From Formosa sp. Hel1_33_131 (GTDB lineage: Bacteria; Bacteroidota; Bacteroidia; Flavobacteriales; Flavobacteriaceae): a stretch of DNA of 32,000 nt. The notes beneath the pieces are model-generated. The model searched no databases. It was not told the DNA's origin and saw nothing but the letters and a program-made list of their open reading frames with translations. Below, piece by piece: positions 28,170 through 32,000 of the stretch. Where the stretch lies: positions 780,001 to 812,000 of the forward strand of contig NZ_CP017260.1 in NCBI RefSeq assembly GCF_001735745.1, given 5' to 3'. The translations under genes were made by a program, and so were the position numbers. The stretch's first letter is position 1. Each line of letters opens with the position of its first letter.

Positions 28170-29594
28170 ATGAGAAAAATGAAAAATTACTTATTAAGCT
28201 TATTGTGTGTTACTGTCGTTCTTACTTCGTGTGGAGTTGACGAGAGTTTAAACATTGACCAAAAAAACCCAAGCGAAGTACCAGCTGGGGGTCTTTTCAC
28301 AAATGCTTTGAAAAACCTAGGAGATCAGATGAACTCCTGTAGTGTTAATGAAAATGTCTTTAGACTATATGCACAATACTGGGCACAAACTACGTATCCA
28401 GATGAAAGCCAATACAACCAAGTAACAAGAAATATTGGTGGAAGTATGTGGACTAACATGTACAGAGATGTTCTTAAAGATTTGCAAGGTGCTAAAGAGC
28501 TTGTTTCTAATGGAGAAGCTCCAAGTCAAGCACAACTAGCAATCATTAAGTTTATGGAAGTATATGCATATTCTATTTTGGTTGACACTTTTGGTGATGT
28601 TCCTTTTACAGAAGCATTAGATCCTTTGAACCCATCTCCTAAGTATGATGATGCTGCGACTATCTATACTGCCTTAGCTTCTCACTTAGACGAAGCAATT
28701 AGTGGCTTAAGTAGTGGTGCTGGATTTGACGCAAGTCAAGACATCGCTTACGGAGGAAACGTTGCACAATGGAGACAAGCGGCTGTATCTTTAAAATTAA
28801 GAATGGCAATGCGTTTAGCGGATTCTAATCCTTCAGTATCACAAGCAATGGCAGAGGCTGCATTTTTAGCAGGACCTATCGTAGCAAATGCTGATAATTT
28901 TGGAATTAACTATTTAGCTTCAGCACCAAACACAAATCCATTATGGGTATCTCTTGTACAGAGTGGACGTAACGATTTCGTTGCAGCCAATACTTTAGTA
29001 GATTCAATGAATCCTACAAATGACCCAAGACTTGCATCTTACTTTAAAATGTACGAAGGTGCATACGTAGGTGGAGATTATGGGAATGCAAATGGAGCAG
29101 GTAGCAATTCAAATTTATCTGACTATATGAAAACACCAGATTTAAAAGGAGATTTGATTACAGCTGCTGAAGTACACTTCTTATTATCAGAAGCTGCTGC
29201 GAGAGGTTACTCTGTAGGCGGAACTGCTGAAGCATACTACAACTCTGCAATTGGAGTTTCTATGGATGAATGGGGCGTAAGTGCTACGGATACTGCTGCT
29301 TATTTAGCTTTAACAGAAGTTGCTTATGCAACAGCTGCTGGAGACTGGAAACAAAAGATTGGATCTCAGAAATGGGTTGCAATGTTTAACAATGGTTTTG
29401 AAGGATGGACTGCTTGGAGGTTATTAGACTTAGGTTTAAACGGTCCCGTAGTTGATGGAGTCACTTTGGACATTCCAACAAGATTCCTTTACCCTACTTC
29501 TGAGGCTACGTTAAACGGTTCTCAGTATGACAGTGCAGCTTCAGCTATTGGAGGTGACACAAAAACAACAAAAATATTTTGGGACGTTAATTAA
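28170..29594 (+). CDS. SusD/RagB-family nutrient-binding outer-membrane lipoprotein
   Basis: 474 aa with lipobox LTSCG and helical, TPR-like content. It starts 11 nt after the SusC-like gene, which is the canonical susC-susD pairing. Confidence 0.85.
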   Translation: MRKMKNYLLSLLCVTVVLTSCGVDESLNIDQKNPSEVPAGGLFTNALKNLGDQMNSCSVNENVFRLYAQYWAQTTYPDESQYNQVTRNIGGSMWTNMYRDVLKDLQGAKELVSNGEAPSQAQLAIIKFMEVYAYSILVDTFGDVPFTEALDPLNPSPKYDDAATIYTALASHLDEAISGLSSGAGFDASQDIAYGGNVAQWRQAAVSLKLRMAMRLADSNPSVSQAMAEAAFLAGPIVANADNFGINYLASAPNTNPLWVSLVQSGRNDFVAANTLVDSMNPTNDPRLASYFKMYEGAYVGGDYGNANGAGSNSNLSDYMKTPDLKGDLITAAEVHFLLSEAAARGYSVGGTAEAYYNSAIGVSMDEWGVSATDTAAYLALTEVAYATAAGDWKQKIGSQKWVAMFNNGFEGWTAWRLLDLGLNGPVVDGVTLDIPTRFLYPTSEATLNGSQYDSAASAIGGDTKTTKIFWDVN

Positions 29595-29618
29595 GTTTAA
29601 CTCTTTTTATTAGTACCT

Positions 29619-29661
29619 AAAGGAGTCCTCTGAATTTTAAATTCAGGTGACTCCTTTTTTT
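29619..29661 (+). terminator. Strong rho-independent terminator after the SusD-like gene
   Basis: AAAGGAGTC (29619-29627) pairs with GACTCCTTT (29649-29657). An inner stem pairs CTGAATT with AATTCAG (29630-29636 / 29640-29646) around a 3-nt loop. A T7 run (29655-29661) completes it. Confidence 0.8.
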
Positions 29662-29897
29662 GTTAGAATCGCTACTCAGGTGTATACAACTCTTGTACCC
29701 TACTCTAACAACAATTAGAAAGCACAACTCTTCGAGTTTTCTGATTTCAAAACCCACATTTGCTGCTCGGCAGATTTATAATTTTTGTATTTATATACTT
29801 CTCAAATGTTAAAGAAGTGTTAAAATTAAGGGTATTTTTATTTTTATTAACTTATTATTAAGACTTTTGGGGTAGACTAATTCAAAACAATGAAAGA

Positions 29898-32000
29898 ATG
29901 AAAACCAAATTTACAATGATCTTAACGCTGTTTATGGCGTTAATTGTGCAAACAACCTTTGCGCAGCAGAAAACAGTTTCCGGTACGGTTTCAGATGAAA
30001 ATGGCTTGCCCCTCATAGGTGCCACCGTTGTCATCTCAGGAACCTCCTCCGGAACAACAACAGATTTTGATGGCAATTACAAGATTAATGCCAACGCAGG
30101 TGATGTGTTAATTTTTAGTTATGTAGGCTATAAAAACAAAGAGGCTACTGTAGGTGCATCTAATACGATTAGCTTGGCACTCGAACCTGACAATACCTTG
30201 GATGAGGTGATTGTGACGGCTTTGGGAATTAAACGAGAAGAGAAAGCTTTAGGGTACTCTGTTCAAAGTTTAAAAGGAGAGGCTATGACGGAAGCTAGAG
30301 AGAGTAATATCTCAAATGCATTAAGTGGTAAGATTGCTGGGGTACAAGTTACCGGAACCTCTGGTAGTGTTGGGGCTTCCTCAAGAATCGTATTGAGAGG
30401 AAACTCCTCTATTACGGGTAATAACGAACCCTTATACGTAGTAGATGGTGTTCCAATTGACAACCGTAGTTTTGGAAACGCAGGTTCTTTTGGTGGAGTA
30501 GATTTACCGAACGGAGCTGCAGACATCAACCCAGACGACATTGAATCTATAACAGTGCTTAAAGGTCCTAATGCCGCTGCACTATACGGATTAAGAGCAG
30601 GGAACGGAGTTATTGTGATTACAACAAAAAGAGGAACTGCTGGCAAGAAATTCAGTGTTTCTGTAAATAGTAATGTTACTTTTTCAAACCCATTAATACT
30701 CCCAAGCTATCAAAACTCTTATGGACAAGGTGGCGACCCGTCTTACTTTGAATATGTAAACGGTTCGAGTGGTGGTGTTGGTGATGGTGTCGATGAAAGT
30801 TGGGGTCCCCCTTTGGATATTGGTTTAGAATTCATTCAGTGGAACTCTCAACTGAACGGAGATCGCCCATTACCATGGATATCTCATCCTAATAACGTAA
30901 GAGATTTCTTAGATACTGGTTTAAACACTTCTCATAATGTCTCTTTATCAAATGAAGACTTACGATTATCTGTTGGTAAATCCGAAGAACAAGGGATGGT
31001 TCCAAATACTGAACTAAAAAAAGTAACTGTAGGTTTTAATGGGTCCTTAAAATTAGGGAAACGTTTGACAGCGAGTGTCTCTTTAAACTATTTCAATATT
31101 GACAGTGGAAACTTACCTATCTCAGGATACAACAACGAAAATCCATTTCAACAGTTTATATGGTCTGCAAGGCAAGTTGACTTCCAGCAACTTAGAGATT
31201 GGAGAAACTTTCCACTTGCCCCCGTAGGAACGGCTGCTGAAGGCACGCCTTTAAGCTGGAATCATAATTTCCAAAACAATCCATATTGGATTTTAGAAAC
31301 CAACCGAAACACTTATGAAAAAGACCGTCTCGTTGGAAACATAGACCTGACTTATGAATTTACAGATTGGTTAACGTTCAGTGCCAAAATAGGGTTAGAC
31401 TCATTTAATCAATTGGAAACTTCTCGACAGGCCATTGGAAGTAATAACGCTCAAAACGGAAGTTATTTTGAAGTTCAAAGACGTTTTGAAGAGCTTAATA
31501 CCACTTTTTTATTAAGCATCAATAAGGCGATTTCAGACGACATTGGATTCTCGCTAAACTTAGGAACTAATAATATGGTTCGACAGTACCACGGAACATC
31601 GGGATTCCTCCCAGGATTAGAGTTACCAAACCTATACAATCTCTCTAACCTTCAAACAGGATCAACGGCCGTATTAGGTAGTACTATTAATAACCAAAAA
31701 ATTAGCAGTGTGTATGCTTTTGGACAATTTTCTTATAAAGAAATGCTCTTTGTAGATTTCACTGCACGAAATGACTGGGCAAGTATCTTACCCGTCAAAA
31801 ACAATTCGTTCTTTTATCCTTCTGTAGCAGGATCCGTATTATTATCTAAAATATTTGATCTTTCTGCAGCAAAAATTGACTTTTTAAAAGTAAGAGGAGG
31901 TTGGTCTGAAGTAGGGAGTACTGGGGCATTACTAGAATACAATACACGTCCTACTTTTGGATTATCAAATTCTGGTTTTGGAAACCAAGCCTTTTTGCCA
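29898..32000 (+). CDS. Second SusC/RagA-family TonB-dependent transporter, N-terminal 701 codons (runs off the right edge of the window)
   Basis: Not in the ORF track because there is no stop in the window. Hand translation: MKTKFTMILTLFMALIVQTTFAQQKTVSGTVSDENGLPLIGATVVISGTSSGTTTDFDGNYKI...LDEVIVTALGIKREEKALGYSVQSL...NEPLYVVDGVPIDN... It is a paralogue of the 24901 gene. Confidence 0.9.
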   Translation, partial: MKTKFTMILTLFMALIVQTTFAQQKTVSGTVSDENGLPLIGATVVISGTSSGTTTDFDGNYKINANAGDVLIFSYVGYKNKEATVGASNTISLALEPDNTLDEVIVTALGIKREEKALGYSVQSLKGEAMTEARESNISNALSGKIAGVQVTGTSGSVGASSRIVLRGNSSITGNNEPLYVVDGVPIDNRSFGNAGSFGGVDLPNGAADINPDDIESITVLKGPNAAALYGLRAGNGVIVITTKRGTAGKKFSVSVNSNVTFSNPLILPSYQNSYGQGGDPSYFEYVNGSSGGVGDGVDESWGPPLDIGLEFIQWNSQLNGDRPLPWISHPNNVRDFLDTGLNTSHNVSLSNEDLRLSVGKSEEQGMVPNTELKKVTVGFNGSLKLGKRLTASVSLNYFNIDSGNLPISGYNNENPFQQFIWSARQVDFQQLRDWRNFPLAPVGTAAEGTPLSWNHNFQNNPYWILETNRNTYEKDRLVGNIDLTYEFTDWLTFSAKIGLDSFNQLETSRQAIGSNNAQNGSYFEVQRRFEELNTTFLLSINKAISDDIGFSLNLGTNNMVRQYHGTSGFLPGLELPNLYNLSNLQTGSTAVLGSTINNQKISSVYAFGQFSYKEMLFVDFTARNDWASILPVKNNSFFYPSVAGSVLLSKIFDLSAAKIDFLKVRGGWSEVGSTGALLEYNTRPTFGLSNSGFGNQAFLP

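Noticed and set aside
29882-30646. Minus-strand ORFs 29882-30076 and 30263-30646.
   Set aside because: They are antisense to the second SusC-like gene. The plus-strand frame from 29898 translates to an unmistakable CarboxypepD_reg domain and TonB plug.
1-32000. A search of the whole window for CRISPR arrays, tRNA or rRNA genes, transposases or integrases, toxin-antitoxin pairs and defence-system genes.
   Set aside because: I found no periodic direct repeats, no cloverleaf-like or rRNA-like segments, and no ORFs with recombinase, nuclease or ATPase defence hallmarks. The only non-core content is the CAZyme cassette, the Omp85-like gene and the SusC/D genes.

Overview
This is a low-GC Bacteroidota (Flavobacteriia-like) chromosomal segment. 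The taxon call rests on T9SS C-terminal sorting domains, SusC/SusD pairs and a TTTG-N19-TAnnTTTG promoter. The minus strand carries the str-S10-spc-alpha ribosomal supercluster: rpsL-rpsG-fusA-rpsJ, then rplC-rplD-rplW-rplB-rpsS-rplV-rpsC-rplP-rpmC-rpsQ-rplN-rplX-rplE-rpsN-rpsH-rplF-rplR-rpsE-rpmD-rplO-secY-infA-rpmJ-rpsM (rpsM partial). I added rpmD and rpmJ by hand because the ORF track lacks them.

The anomaly is an 8.66-kb co-oriented block (10799-19458) between rpsJ and rplC, normally one of the most conserved adjacent gene pairs. It encodes two giant secreted, T9SS-targeted carbohydrate-active proteins.
- A ChiA-like chitinase with two GH18 domains is split by a single-nucleotide frameshift at about 18213-18271.
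- A 1272-aa protein has four Cys-bounded CBM5/12-like chitin-binding modules arranged as a duplicated four-domain unit. Its C-terminal ~440-aa domain follows the GH6 motif order and spacing, but the position of the canonical catalytic Asp is changed.

A terminator-like hairpin follows rpsJ. A 207-bp leader with a candidate promoter and a hairpin plus U-tract precedes rplC, so the operon appears rewired.

On the plus strand, downstream of rpsL, lie an orphan Omp85/TpsB-like beta-barrel gene and a tandem SusC-SusD-SusC (partial) set. That set may be the uptake half of a chitin utilisation locus split by the str genes.

I found no rRNA, tRNA, CRISPR array, transposase or integrase. All family assignments come from reading the translations, since no searches could be run.
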